Assembly: GCA_937899865.1 (NCBI GenBank)
Contig: CALBRH010000060.1
Location: 1 to 64,000 of the forward strand
Origin: an uncultured euryarchaeote
Lineage (GTDB): Archaea > Thermoplasmatota > Poseidoniia > Poseidoniales > Poseidoniaceae
Length of the DNA: 64,000 bases
Direction: 5' to 3'
In this document: positions 1 to 9,101 of the stretch, piece by piece
Layout of the letters: the number at the start of each line of letters is the position of its first letter
How positions within the stretch are numbered: position 1 is the stretch's first letter
The notes under the pieces: generated by a model
The model's input: only the letters and a program-made list of their open reading frames with translations
Told to the model about the DNA's origin: nothing
Databases searched by the model: none
Position numbers and translations under genes: made by a program

Positions 1-529
1 AATCTGAATAAATCCAACGTAATTGTGCAACACTGAGGCCGCCAATTGATTGTATACAACGATCAGCATCGCCTCCACGGGCAACAATGAGAGTTACCCC
101 GTCCATGGCAATTGGCATTTGAGTGAGCACGATATCACTCGGTTTGCAAGAAAAATACCTGGTGCCAGATTCGAGAGTTGCCTCAATTGGTTTGAATGTT
201 CGACTCATTGAACCAATATCGACATGGTCATTAGAAGTTGAACATACTGCAGAAGCCCCTACTCCCGAGCCGCCGCTAGCAACTGAGACTTGGATAGAAC
301 CGATTTCTTCCCTAAAGCCTTCTGCCCATCCAGTTGCTAGCGGATAAACTGTTGAAGACCCGGCAATCCTTATGTTGCCACTAGATTGTTCAATTTGAGT
401 ACTTCCATCAGTTACTGAATAATCTCCGTTAGAGTCTTGCTTGCCTTCATCGTTGGAAATACACCCTGATAGCATGGTAAAAACAAGTAGTGCCATTATA
501 GTGAAGCAGCGAAAATAATACTTCTCCAT
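1..529 (-). CDS. pstS: Phosphate-binding protein PstS (second paralog), lipoprotein; 3' end runs off the window
   Basis: Manual translation from ATG 529: MEKYYFRCFTIMALLVFTMLSGC (lipobox) ... IRIAGSSTVYPLATGWAE ... VASGGSGVG ... VDIGSMSR. Not in the ORF track because there is no stop inside the window. Confidence 0.85.
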   Translation of the reverse strand, partial: MEKYYFRCFTIMALLVFTMLSGCISNDEGKQDSNGDYSVTDGSTQIEQSSGNIRIAGSSTVYPLATGWAEGFREEIGSIQVSVASGGSGVGASAVCSTSNDHVDIGSMSRTFKPIEATLESGTRYFSCKPSDIVLTQMPIAMDGVTLIVARGGDADRCIQSIGGLSVAQLRWIYSD

Positions 530-680
530 AGTTAAGGTATAATGGACATGTAGATTCATGCCCCGCCTATAGAATATTTATCGCTATATAGTGCTAAGTA
601 TCAAAATATAGTTTCCATGCATGTTGATAGTATAACTGTGACCGTTAGTCATGGATACCTAAAATATAGGAGTGACTAAA

Positions 681-2159
681 ATGAAAATAAACGAAAGAGA
701 AAAATTTGAAAAAGCGGTAAGTCCAGTAATTGCAACCATTTTGATGGTTGCTATAACGGTAGTACTTTCTGGCGTACTTTACGTATGGGCTGCAAACCTA
801 GCAGAAACAAACACAGATGGTGAGTTGAATCTATACAACTTCAGTGTAAGGGATGCCCCTGGTAGCCCTTCAAGCGGCGCAACTGACGATTTAGTAATCG
901 TAACTATGGATATTGGTGAGGAGATCGGTTGGGCTACATTAACTGTTAAACTGTCTATTGACGGTGCGGCATCAAGTACCTGTGCAAATCCTGGTTCAAC
1001 CACCGGGGTTTGTATATTAACCGAAACCAGTGCAAATGATGGTGGTTGGCAAGTTGGAGAATCTGTCACAATATCAGAAAATTCAGTTGATCTTTGTAAC
1101 AGCGCAACCTGTGAGATTACCGTTACCATTCTTGATAGTAGAGAAGGAACAACTCTAGACACCTCAACCACAACCTCTGAAGGTGACTCAGCTGCTAGCA
1201 GCGGTGGCTCTACAAACGGTGGCAACACTGGTGGCAACACTGGCGGCTCTACTGGAGCACCTGCTTGTACTGCAAATGAGGTTTCAGTAACTGAAGCCCA
1301 TGCTGACGGCGATAGCGCTATTGATCCATCCACAGGCGTTTTCTTTGATGACGATTACATCGAATTATACAATAGTGGTGCAACATGCTCCATGGATGGA
1401 GTTTTGATGTACGATTCTTCTGGAATGGAGAATGATGGTACTACTTTTGCAATAGATCTTGCTAGCGGATACACTTTGTTCCAGAAGAATGACAACGCAG
1501 TAAAAGATGGTACTGACGGATTATTTGGTTTCGGGCTAGGTAAGGGCGGAGATTCTGTCAGCCTTGATTTTGATGCTGATGGCACTCCTGAGCAGACATT
1601 TGTTCTACCATCATACTCCGACAACGGTGCTGCTGAACTCTGTAATGGAGTAATTCAACCGACTGGCCCAGGTGCAGAAACCCCAGGTGCGGCTAACAAC
1701 TGTCATGCAACTGTCGCAATTACCGAGATTGCTAACAAAGGAAGTTCTGGAATTTGTTTGTTCAACGATGATGGTTCAATGGACGGTACCGCAGACTGGG
1801 TGGAAATCTGGAATTATGGTGCAACAGATGTTGATCTAAGTGGATTTATTCTTCATGATGACAAAGGTGCGGGTGATTCAAAGGCATTTGGCCTATCAGG
1901 AACTATTGCTGCAGGCGACTATATGTTGTTGTGTAATGACGACTCTGCACAAGGTGCGCTACAATTTGCCTTTGGAATAGGTGGCGATGATACTGTAACC
2001 TTGACTGATGGAACCAATGAAATCTGGACTTCTGGAGCTCTCCCTGAGGCTGATTGTGAAGCAGATGCTGCATGTAATCCTGATGATGTCTATGCTATGG
2101 ATGGTAAAGGCGCTTGGTCTTATGTACCTGGTGCAGAGACCCCTGGTGCAGAGAACTGA
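681..2159 (+). CDS. Archaeal type IV pilin-like N-terminus fused to two lamin-tail-like domains
   Basis: Class III signal peptide EKA/VSPVIATILMVAITVVLSGVLYVW; two LTD-like motifs (VSVTEAHADG..DYIELYN and VAITEIANKG..DWVEIWNYGATDVDLSGFILHD); GGNT linker repeat. ATG 681 follows GGAGTGA; the ORF track starts at GTG 672. Confidence 0.7.
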   Translation: MKINEREKFEKAVSPVIATILMVAITVVLSGVLYVWAANLAETNTDGELNLYNFSVRDAPGSPSSGATDDLVIVTMDIGEEIGWATLTVKLSIDGAASSTCANPGSTTGVCILTETSANDGGWQVGESVTISENSVDLCNSATCEITVTILDSREGTTLDTSTTTSEGDSAASSGGSTNGGNTGGNTGGSTGAPACTANEVSVTEAHADGDSAIDPSTGVFFDDDYIELYNSGATCSMDGVLMYDSSGMENDGTTFAIDLASGYTLFQKNDNAVKDGTDGLFGFGLGKGGDSVSLDFDADGTPEQTFVLPSYSDNGAAELCNGVIQPTGPGAETPGAANNCHATVAITEIANKGSSGICLFNDDGSMDGTADWVEIWNYGATDVDLSGFILHDDKGAGDSKAFGLSGTIAAGDYMLLCNDDSAQGALQFAFGIGGDDTVTLTDGTNEIWTSGALPEADCEADAACNPDDVYAMDGKGAWSYVPGAETPGAEN

Positions 2160-2201
2160 TACAAAATAAATCATATTTTGTCCCCAAAACTTGAGATTAT
2201 G

Positions 2202-2223
2202 CTCGGGGGTTTCGGCCCCCGAG
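2202..2223. terminator. GC-rich hairpin between convergent genes
   Basis: CTCGGGGGT-TTCG-GCCCCCGAG: 9-bp stem with a UUCG loop when read on the + strand. Confidence 0.55.
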
Positions 2224-2256
2224 TATACTCATTTTACCTATTATTGCTAAACAATG

Positions 2257-3339
2257 TTAAGAAGCAATGTTAGTGACTCTCGAATCGAGGAAATTCTGAA
2301 TAGCATTGTATGCCCCTTCAACCCCATTATCGAAGATTATTGTTGGTGATTCAATGTTAGCCGATAATAGTGCAGCGTCTAAATCATCTACAGTGATTTT
2401 GCGCTTATTCAGCATTGCAACATTGGCATAGGCTTTGCTCGCTAGTACTGCATTAATCTCCTGCTCAACTTGCCCAGGTTCTGGAATGCACAAAGATGGA
2501 AGTCCTAACACACCAACTTCGCCGAGTAGTTGACTTCCCGCGGTTTGATAAATTAAATCACAACTAAGTAAATCATCAATAAAACCCTGATTGGAAATTG
2601 GGCAAGAAATGACATCTTCTGGTATTTCTTCTGGTTTGTGACCGTATAATTTTACTTTCAAACCGCGTTTTCTGGCATGATCGACTATTGCATCAAAATG
2701 ACAAAGTACGCTTTTTCTCATGTAAGCAACAGCATGGGTGCCTTGTGGCTGCCATGCGCCAGGGAAAAACTGCGGCCTAAGCATAGGTCCAACAAGATGC
2801 ACATCATCTTTTTTTGGCTCTAAATTAAAGCCCTTTGAAATAACGCTCAAAGCAGGCCTTGGGGTGAAGATTTTGCACAATAACCTTACTGGAAAAAGTC
2901 GTGCTCGTTGGCTTATTGACAACCTATCAGCAAGTTTTGTGTCAAGTGAGAAACGTTGGCTGTTGAAGGAAATTATTGGTTTATCGAGCTTTTTTGCTGC
3001 TCTGGCAAATGTCGGTTCAAAATCTGAGATTAAAGCATCGGGCTGATAATGTTGTAATTGCTTTATACAATCCTTGACTCTATTACGATGGCCTTTGATG
3101 AATTTAGCAGTGGCATAGGCAGTGCCAAAGTAAGATATTCCTCGTTTTCCCAGTACAAATCTTGGGGTTTCTAGATAAGTCACTGATTCAGCTCCGTAAC
3201 GTTTCTCTAACAAATCTACAGCATCGCCACAAGTAAAGAATTGAATCTTGTGACCGGCTTCAATCAGCCGGTCTGCTAAGCCGATAGCACGGGTAGTATG
3301 TCCCCTGCCTTCACCTGCTAGAGCATAGGCGATATTCAT
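2257..3339 (-). CDS. Glycosyltransferase, MJ1255-like (GT-B fold, related to GT28)
   Basis: N-terminal YALAGEGRGHTTRA; PDALISDFEP; C-terminal TAGSQLLGE..PEPGQVEQEINA; ATGA overlap with the upstream phosphoesterase. Confidence 0.8.
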   Translation of the reverse strand: MNIAYALAGEGRGHTTRAIGLADRLIEAGHKIQFFTCGDAVDLLEKRYGAESVTYLETPRFVLGKRGISYFGTAYATAKFIKGHRNRVKDCIKQLQHYQPDALISDFEPTFARAAKKLDKPIISFNSQRFSLDTKLADRLSISQRARLFPVRLLCKIFTPRPALSVISKGFNLEPKKDDVHLVGPMLRPQFFPGAWQPQGTHAVAYMRKSVLCHFDAIVDHARKRGLKVKLYGHKPEEIPEDVISCPISNQGFIDDLLSCDLIYQTAGSQLLGEVGVLGLPSLCIPEPGQVEQEINAVLASKAYANVAMLNKRKITVDDLDAALLSANIESPTIIFDNGVEGAYNAIQNFLDSRVTNIAS

Positions 3340-4184
3340 ACAATCACCTCTGCAGCACGCTCCATTTTTGCCTCTAATTCGTCGAATTCAAGACTAAATT
3401 CTGCTTCGAAAGATTGCTGGTTGCTGGCACTTTGTTTCGCTCTTTCTCTCAGTAGTGAAATTGTTGATATCTTAGGCGAATACTCCAAGATTTCCATGGT
3501 TCCATCCATCGCTTCTGCAATTGCAGTACAAGATTCTAGCCAATCTCCATCATTCCAATATTCCACGCCGTTTTTTACTTGGAATTCTGCTTTGTGAATA
3601 TGCCCACATACAACTCCATCATAACCGAGTCTAGCAGCTTCTCGTGTTACAGTGTTAACGTAATTTTTGAATGTCTTGGAGTTTCTTTGCATCGCCCTTC
3701 TGGCAGCGGTTGCTAATGACCAATTGGGTAATTTCAGCAATCTCCTTATCCAAGCAATGGGACGATTTATTTTCATTAATAGCTGAACGCTAAAATGGCC
3801 TAAGTGGCATAGCCAGCGATGATTTTTGATAAATAAGTCAAATTCGTCGCCGTGTATTACCCAAAGATTTCGGCCATCTGCGGTAGTATGTTCAGCCTGT
3901 TTTATTATTTCTATACCGTGAATTTTTGTTGAGCACCAATCGCGAAATGCCTCATCATGATTGCCGGGTATGTAGTAAATCTTCGTGCCTTTATTGGCTT
4001 TTGAAATTAGATTTTGAATTATTAGATCTTCAGTTTCTGTCCAATGCCACTTCTTGCCTTTGCACCAGTGGTCAACAATGTCGCCAACAAGATAGATTTT
4101 CTCTGCGTCATTTGATTGTAAAAAGGCCAACAACTTATTGCTTTGAACGCCTTTAAGTCCAAGATGGCAATCTGAAATGAACAA
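3336..4184 (-). CDS. plcP: Metallophosphoesterase of the PlcP/LpxH2 (UDP-2,3-diacylglucosamine hydrolase-like) family
   Basis: Motifs ISDCHLG, LVGDIVD, IPGNHDE, IHGDEFD, CGHIH, NDGDWLESCTA. The conserved HYRTLFISD extends upstream of the called TTG, so the true start may be CTG 4214. Confidence 0.8.
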   Translation of the reverse strand: MFISDCHLGLKGVQSNKLLAFLQSNDAEKIYLVGDIVDHWCKGKKWHWTETEDLIIQNLISKANKGTKIYYIPGNHDEAFRDWCSTKIHGIEIIKQAEHTTADGRNLWVIHGDEFDLFIKNHRWLCHLGHFSVQLLMKINRPIAWIRRLLKLPNWSLATAARRAMQRNSKTFKNYVNTVTREAARLGYDGVVCGHIHKAEFQVKNGVEYWNDGDWLESCTAIAEAMDGTMEILEYSPKISTISLLRERAKQSASNQQSFEAEFSLEFDELEAKMERAAEVIV

Positions 4185-4296
4185 TGTTCGATAGTGTGTG
4201 ACCTCTTGTAACAGAAATAGCGCCCCGATTGGGCTAGTCGAGGAGAATACTATATCTCACCCCATAGAAAGTAAATCGTAGTATATAAGATATATA

Positions 4297-5412
4297 TCAA
4301 CCAAATCTTCCTGAAATATACCTCGCAGTCAATTCTTTTGAGGGGTCACCAAAGATTTTCGAGGTCTTGTCAAACTCAACTAGTCTACCTAGGTACATGA
4401 AACCGGTATAGTCACTCACACGTTGAGCTTGACTCATAGAATGAGTAACAATTACCACTGTGAAATGTTTTTTCAGTTCTAAAATTAATTCTTCAATTTT
4501 TGCGGTAGCAATAGGATCTAATGCTGAACAAGGTTCGTCCATAAGAATCACTTCAGGTTCAACTGCAATTGTTCTAGCAATACAAAGTCGTTGTTGTTGT
4601 CCGCCAGATAGACTGGTTCCCAACTCGTGAAGTCGGTCGTTTACTTCGTCCCAAATTGCCGCCCGTCGCAACGACTCTTCGACTATTTTATCCAACTCCC
4701 TCCTACTTGGAGTGTAGTGAAGTCTAACGCCGTATGCGACGTTATCGTAAATTGATTTAGGGAATGGGTTTGGCTTTTGAAATACCATACCAACTCTTCG
4801 TCGGATAGTAACCAAATCTGCACCGCGCCCCATTATTTCCTCGCCGTCGAGTTCGATTGAACCATCCACTTTACAAATAGGGATTAGATCATTCATTCGG
4901 TTTAAACAACGCAATAAAGTAGACTTACCGCAACCTGAAGGACCGATTAAAGCTGTCACTGAGTTACGTTTGAATGGGATGGATACATTGTAAATCGCTT
5001 GGGCGTTACCATAGTGTAAATCCAAGTCCCGAATCCACATATGAGCATCGCCATCGATTTCTAAATCTCTGGTTGAATCTGGTATTTCTTCATGGATATC
5101 TGAATCATTGCTAATTTCATCCGGTAATGATGCTAAATATTCTTTGATGATTGTAGATTCCTCAAGATCTGCTTTGCCATCAACCTTAGACATTGAAGTT
5201 AAGATACCTCTGATTTGAGATTTTTTGGGCTGTTCCGAATCGCTAGAAAGCAGTTGTTTTAGTTGATCGAATAGTTGTTCCTCCTCGTCAGAAATTTCCC
5301 CGTCGGCCGCCATCAGCTCTTGCAGTGTCTCAAGTAAAGACTCGTGGGTATCACTAACCTCAGTCTCTTCAACGACTTCTTCATCTTCTGTTTTTTCTTG
5401 TTTTTTCGTCAT
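4297..5412 (-). CDS. pstB: Phosphate ABC transporter ATPase PstB with a ~120-aa acidic TerB-like N-terminal extension
   Basis: Walker [65 protein letters not shown]-terminus. Confidence 0.95.
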   Translation of the reverse strand: MTKKQEKTEDEEVVEETEVSDTHESLLETLQELMAADGEISDEEEQLFDQLKQLLSSDSEQPKKSQIRGILTSMSKVDGKADLEESTIIKEYLASLPDEISNDSDIHEEIPDSTRDLEIDGDAHMWIRDLDLHYGNAQAIYNVSIPFKRNSVTALIGPSGCGKSTLLRCLNRMNDLIPICKVDGSIELDGEEIMGRGADLVTIRRRVGMVFQKPNPFPKSIYDNVAYGVRLHYTPSRRELDKIVEESLRRAAIWDEVNDRLHELGTSLSGGQQQRLCIARTIAVEPEVILMDEPCSALDPIATAKIEELILELKKHFTVVIVTHSMSQAQRVSDYTGFMYLGRLVEFDKTSKIFGDPSKELTARYISGRFG

Positions 5413-8400
5413 GTGCTTGAATACCTCCTAAAGTGTGCACGGAGTAAAATTGCTGCTGAGTTAACAATAACTAAAGTACCTAACAACACGATTGAAGCAC
5501 CAGCAGCTGCGACCTTAAAGCCTATTTTTGGCATATCTGTCCAGCGATATACTTGAACTGGTAATACGGTGTAAAATCCTCTATCATTAGAGTCTGGCCC
5601 GACATATTCTGCCGGATCTGCAGACATTGGGCCTCGGTCAGCCCATAATGGAATGTTTTGCAAGTGAGGCTCAATACCAGGGAACCAACTAGCAAATCCA
5701 TCTAACGATGGAGTATACTGATATGATACGTAAAAGAATGCGTCTGGTTCAGTAAATACTGAAGCAACTGCACCAACTAGGATAAGAGGCGCTGCCTCTC
5801 CCATAATTCGTGACATGGCTAAAATGGTCCCAGTCATCATACCAGGCATTGCGTGTGGCAATACGTGGTCTTTAGTCACCTGCCATTTGGTACAGCCTAA
5901 ACCAAATGCTGCATTTCGTAACGATGGTGGAACTGCCCTGAGTGCCTCTTGTGAAGAGATTACAATCGTAGGCATTGCCATCGTTGCCATTGTCATACCA
6001 GCGGTCATCACGGTTCCTCCTAACCCTAGACCAATTCCTCTATCAGTCAAAAAGAGGGCTAATCCAAATAACCCGAATACAATCGCTGGAACTCCAGCAA
6101 GGTTAGTAATGAGAGCTTGAATTCCTCTTCTGAACGAATTATTTGGCGCATACTCTTCTAGCCAAATTGCTGCGCCAATTGAAAGAGGAATAGCAAACAA
6201 CATCGTGTATCCAACAACATAGACGCTACCCCAAAATGCCGCCCTTAAACCCGCTTTATACGGTTCTGAGGACGTGTAGTCTGACCATACAAATGGAATG
6301 TGAATATTCATTGGAATGGTAAACAATGCTATCACCATGACCACTAGTGCTGCGGTCATCCATCCGTCTCGCCCCTTGATTACTAATCCTAATCGATCTT
6401 CCTGAATCTTGTTGGTTCTAGTCAATTGTAGTGCTGCAATTACCAACTTTTTAGCCCCGACAAATGACATCAATAATAGAACCGCCCCTACAACCCATCC
6501 TTCGATTAAAATCCATGAAAGGGCAATATACCAGACGATTACGTTCAACACCAACACCCCGAAATCTACCAGCCCGTCTGCTAAAGGAACATTTTCATCA
6601 GGACGCATCTTAATAATATCTGAAATTGCAGTGATTAGGGCGATGAAGCTCATCAAGGATACCGCACCACCAATTGTGAATGAGAACGGGACCAATAATA
6701 CTGGTTGGTTTTCATTAAATGTACTAATGAAAATTAACAATGCTCCGATGAAGATAAGTAACCTAATTAGAACACCAAATAATCTGCTTAATACTTCTGA
6801 AGAAAATGATAACCACGACCATGGTGTTTTCGTTCCAGTATCGAGTTCCTTTGAGCCTATTTTAATGAGTCCTGAACGTAGGGATAGCAGAACTCTATTT
6901 GGATATCTGACGACAAAAAACATCCCGATCAATCCCAGGTAAGCAAACATCGGCAGATAAGGGTCTCGTTCTTCATACATATCCAAGCCACTCTCAAGTC
7001 GATTTGAGGCTCCGCAATATTGCAGCCATGATAACTGGTCAAGATATCTGATTGTATCACACCATTCTTCGGAGTCCATTATTTGATTTGATACTAAAGT
7101 AGTGGCTTTATCGCAGTCAAAGTCTGCATATTGAGGGTCATTTTGTTTGTATGATTCTGAACATTTTATAGAATATAGGTCTGAAGTAATTTGCCAAACC
7201 ACAGGTATTGAAGAAATATTGGTTTTAGAATAATTAAACAATTTTCCTGCAGAAATCCCTTGCCCTTGAACCAAGTTAGCAATACCGTCTCCGTCTATGT
7301 CTCTGTCTTTTACTTCATCATGAACTCCATCGCCATCTGCATCGTTTACTGATATCCATTCACCTATTGACATTGGTTGGCCGCCGAACTCATATCGGCC
7401 AACCTCTGGACAATATTTTGGATGGCCGATTATTGGATTTTCGTCATTATCGCCATCAATATCAAGATCACAAACATCGATTGTTCCATCATTATCCAAA
7501 TCATCATCATCAATAAATCGGAATTGGAACCAATCTGCGGGAGAGCCGAGAGCAAAATCGCCGATCTCTCTGTATGAGGTTTCTAGAGCGTCATTAGCAG
7601 GACCTGATGTTTGAGAATAGGTAACAGTGTAATTCATTGTATGGTTGATATATAGCCAGTTTGTAGTTACCCCTCCTGACGGTTTTAGGGTTATATGTGA
7701 GTCTCTCTCAAAGTAATTCCATTCGCCTAAAAAGCCATTTGATAATGAAGGGGCAGCAATTCGGCTAGATGTGCTGAAATATGGGCCTGTTGGGTCATCC
7801 ACTAGGTTGACATACACTACATCGTGGCCTGTATTAGAAATAGTTACTCGGAATTCAGTTGACCGGGTTTTGGTAAAAATTGATGGTTGGATTTCATAGC
7901 CATCATCGTTTTTGAATTCTCCTACTACTGCCTCACCAGTCAAACCTGCCGATAGGATGTATGCTGATGTTTCAGCCTTAGTACAGAATTCTGGGGTAAA
8001 CGTTCCAATGAATTCTTGGGGCCGTAATATCTGTTCTGGAATTTGTTCCACATTTAGTGGGCGCCATTCTCTATCTGTTTGATTGTAAATCGAAGCAACT
8101 GTTATTTCTGAAAATTCGCCTATTCCAATTGCGCTTCTGTTGAGCCAAATATCCCCATCGCCGCGGAAAATTGGCGTTACTGGTGTATAATGTAGCCATA
8201 ATTTACCATCTTTGAAAGCGTGCGGGTAATCATCTGAAAAGTCTAGTACGCTGTTCAAGAATTCGTCGCCCTCTGCGGAATCCCAGCGTAGGCCTTTCCA
8301 TACCCATTGGCTTCCATCATCTGAATCGACCCAATAATCTCCCATCCCAGGAGTAGGTGCTTCTGGCCGCTTGAAGATGTTGATTCGCTCTTCTTCTCCG

Positions 8401-9101
8401 GTGCTGTATTCCTTAGTATCTTGACTAATTCCGGGCAATATATCCAGAACCTTCCATGGCTCAACAGGTTTGTAAGTATACTCTGCTAAGTCCTCATTAC
8501 AAAGCGCCCGCTCTAAGTCAGTGTCTAGATCCCATACAGATTGCCCATCTATGCTGGTGAATATATCTGTATCATTTTCTATACCAGTGAAAGCACCGTT
8601 AGAGAGTATTGGACTTGGGTTGTAATTGTCTCGAGTTGCAACATAGTGAGTCTCTTCCCATTTTGCCTCTATAGTGATATTCGACCGATCAATGCGCAAG
8701 TCTGCATCAAAGTATTCAACTGTTGCATCGCTAGGTACTGACAAACCAGACGGTATTTGGTCGGTTCTGTACTCTACTGTATTACCAGAACTATCTGACC
8801 ATCTTGTTATGCTGTATGCTTCCCAAGAAGGATTCCAACTTTCCGCTTTCCAAGAGAGTTGTGTTTGGGCAACTGGTTTACTGCCTTCTCTTATCCCATC
8901 AACTTCAATTTCTTGTTCAGGAACAAATGCCTCCTCTGTGATTTGTGTCAATAGAGTAACAAGAGCTAAACCGCAAACTAAAGCAATTGAAATAAACACG
9001 GATTTGCCAATTTTAGCGGTTGCATAACGGCGCTTTAGGGAGCGTTGTGGAAGCAGGGATGTGCCAAAAAGGCCATTGTAATCGCTCGGTCGTTCTTTCA
9101 A
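5409..9101 (-). CDS. pstA: Phosphate ABC transporter permease PstA, giant (1230 aa) with a large ectodomain and extra TM helices
   Basis: C-terminal core [58 protein letters not shown]; ATGA overlaps with pstC and pstB. Confidence 0.9.
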   Translation of the reverse strand: MKERPSDYNGLFGTSLLPQRSLKRRYATAKIGKSVFISIALVCGLALVTLLTQITEEAFVPEQEIEVDGIREGSKPVAQTQLSWKAESWNPSWEAYSITRWSDSSGNTVEYRTDQIPSGLSVPSDATVEYFDADLRIDRSNITIEAKWEETHYVATRDNYNPSPILSNGAFTGIENDTDIFTSIDGQSVWDLDTDLERALCNEDLAEYTYKPVEPWKVLDILPGISQDTKEYSTGEEERINIFKRPEAPTPGMGDYWVDSDDGSQWVWKGLRWDSAEGDEFLNSVLDFSDDYPHAFKDGKLWLHYTPVTPIFRGDGDIWLNRSAIGIGEFSEITVASIYNQTDREWRPLNVEQIPEQILRPQEFIGTFTPEFCTKAETSAYILSAGLTGEAVVGEFKNDDGYEIQPSIFTKTRSTEFRVTISNTGHDVVYVNLVDDPTGPYFSTSSRIAAPSLSNGFLGEWNYFERDSHITLKPSGGVTTNWLYINHTMNYTVTYSQTSGPANDALETSYREIGDFALGSPADWFQFRFIDDDDLDNDGTIDVCDLDIDGDNDENPIIGHPKYCPEVGRYEFGGQPMSIGEWISVNDADGDGVHDEVKDRDIDGDGIANLVQGQGISAGKLFNYSKTNISSIPVVWQITSDLYSIKCSESYKQNDPQYADFDCDKATTLVSNQIMDSEEWCDTIRYLDQLSWLQYCGASNRLESGLDMYEERDPYLPMFAYLGLIGMFFVVRYPNRVLLSLRSGLIKIGSKELDTGTKTPWSWLSFSSEVLSRLFGVLIRLLIFIGALLIFISTFNENQPVLLVPFSFTIGGAVSLMSFIALITAISDIIKMRPDENVPLADGLVDFGVLVLNVIVWYIALSWILIEGWVVGAVLLLMSFVGAKKLVIAALQLTRTNKIQEDRLGLVIKGRDGWMTAALVVMVIALFTIPMNIHIPFVWSDYTSSEPYKAGLRAAFWGSVYVVGYTMLFAIPLSIGAAIWLEEYAPNNSFRRGIQALITNLAGVPAIVFGLFGLALFLTDRGIGLGLGGTVMTAGMTMATMAMPTIVISSQEALRAVPPSLRNAAFGLGCTKWQVTKDHVLPHAMPGMMTGTILAMSRIMGEAAPLILVGAVASVFTEPDAFFYVSYQYTPSLDGFASWFPGIEPHLQNIPLWADRGPMSADPAEYVGPDSNDRGFYTVLPVQVYRWTDMPKIGFKVAAAGASIVLLGTLVIVNSAAILLRAHFRRYSST

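Noticed and set aside
123-347. + strand 74-aa ORF in the track
   Set aside because: Antisense shadow of the - strand pstS paralog.
1219-1254. 12-nt tandem repeat GGTGGCAACACT
   Set aside because: Encodes a GGNT flexible linker; not a separate element.
3336-4184. Annotation as LpxH in lipid A synthesis
   Set aside because: The host is archaeal, no lpx genes are present, and the context is a Pho operon.
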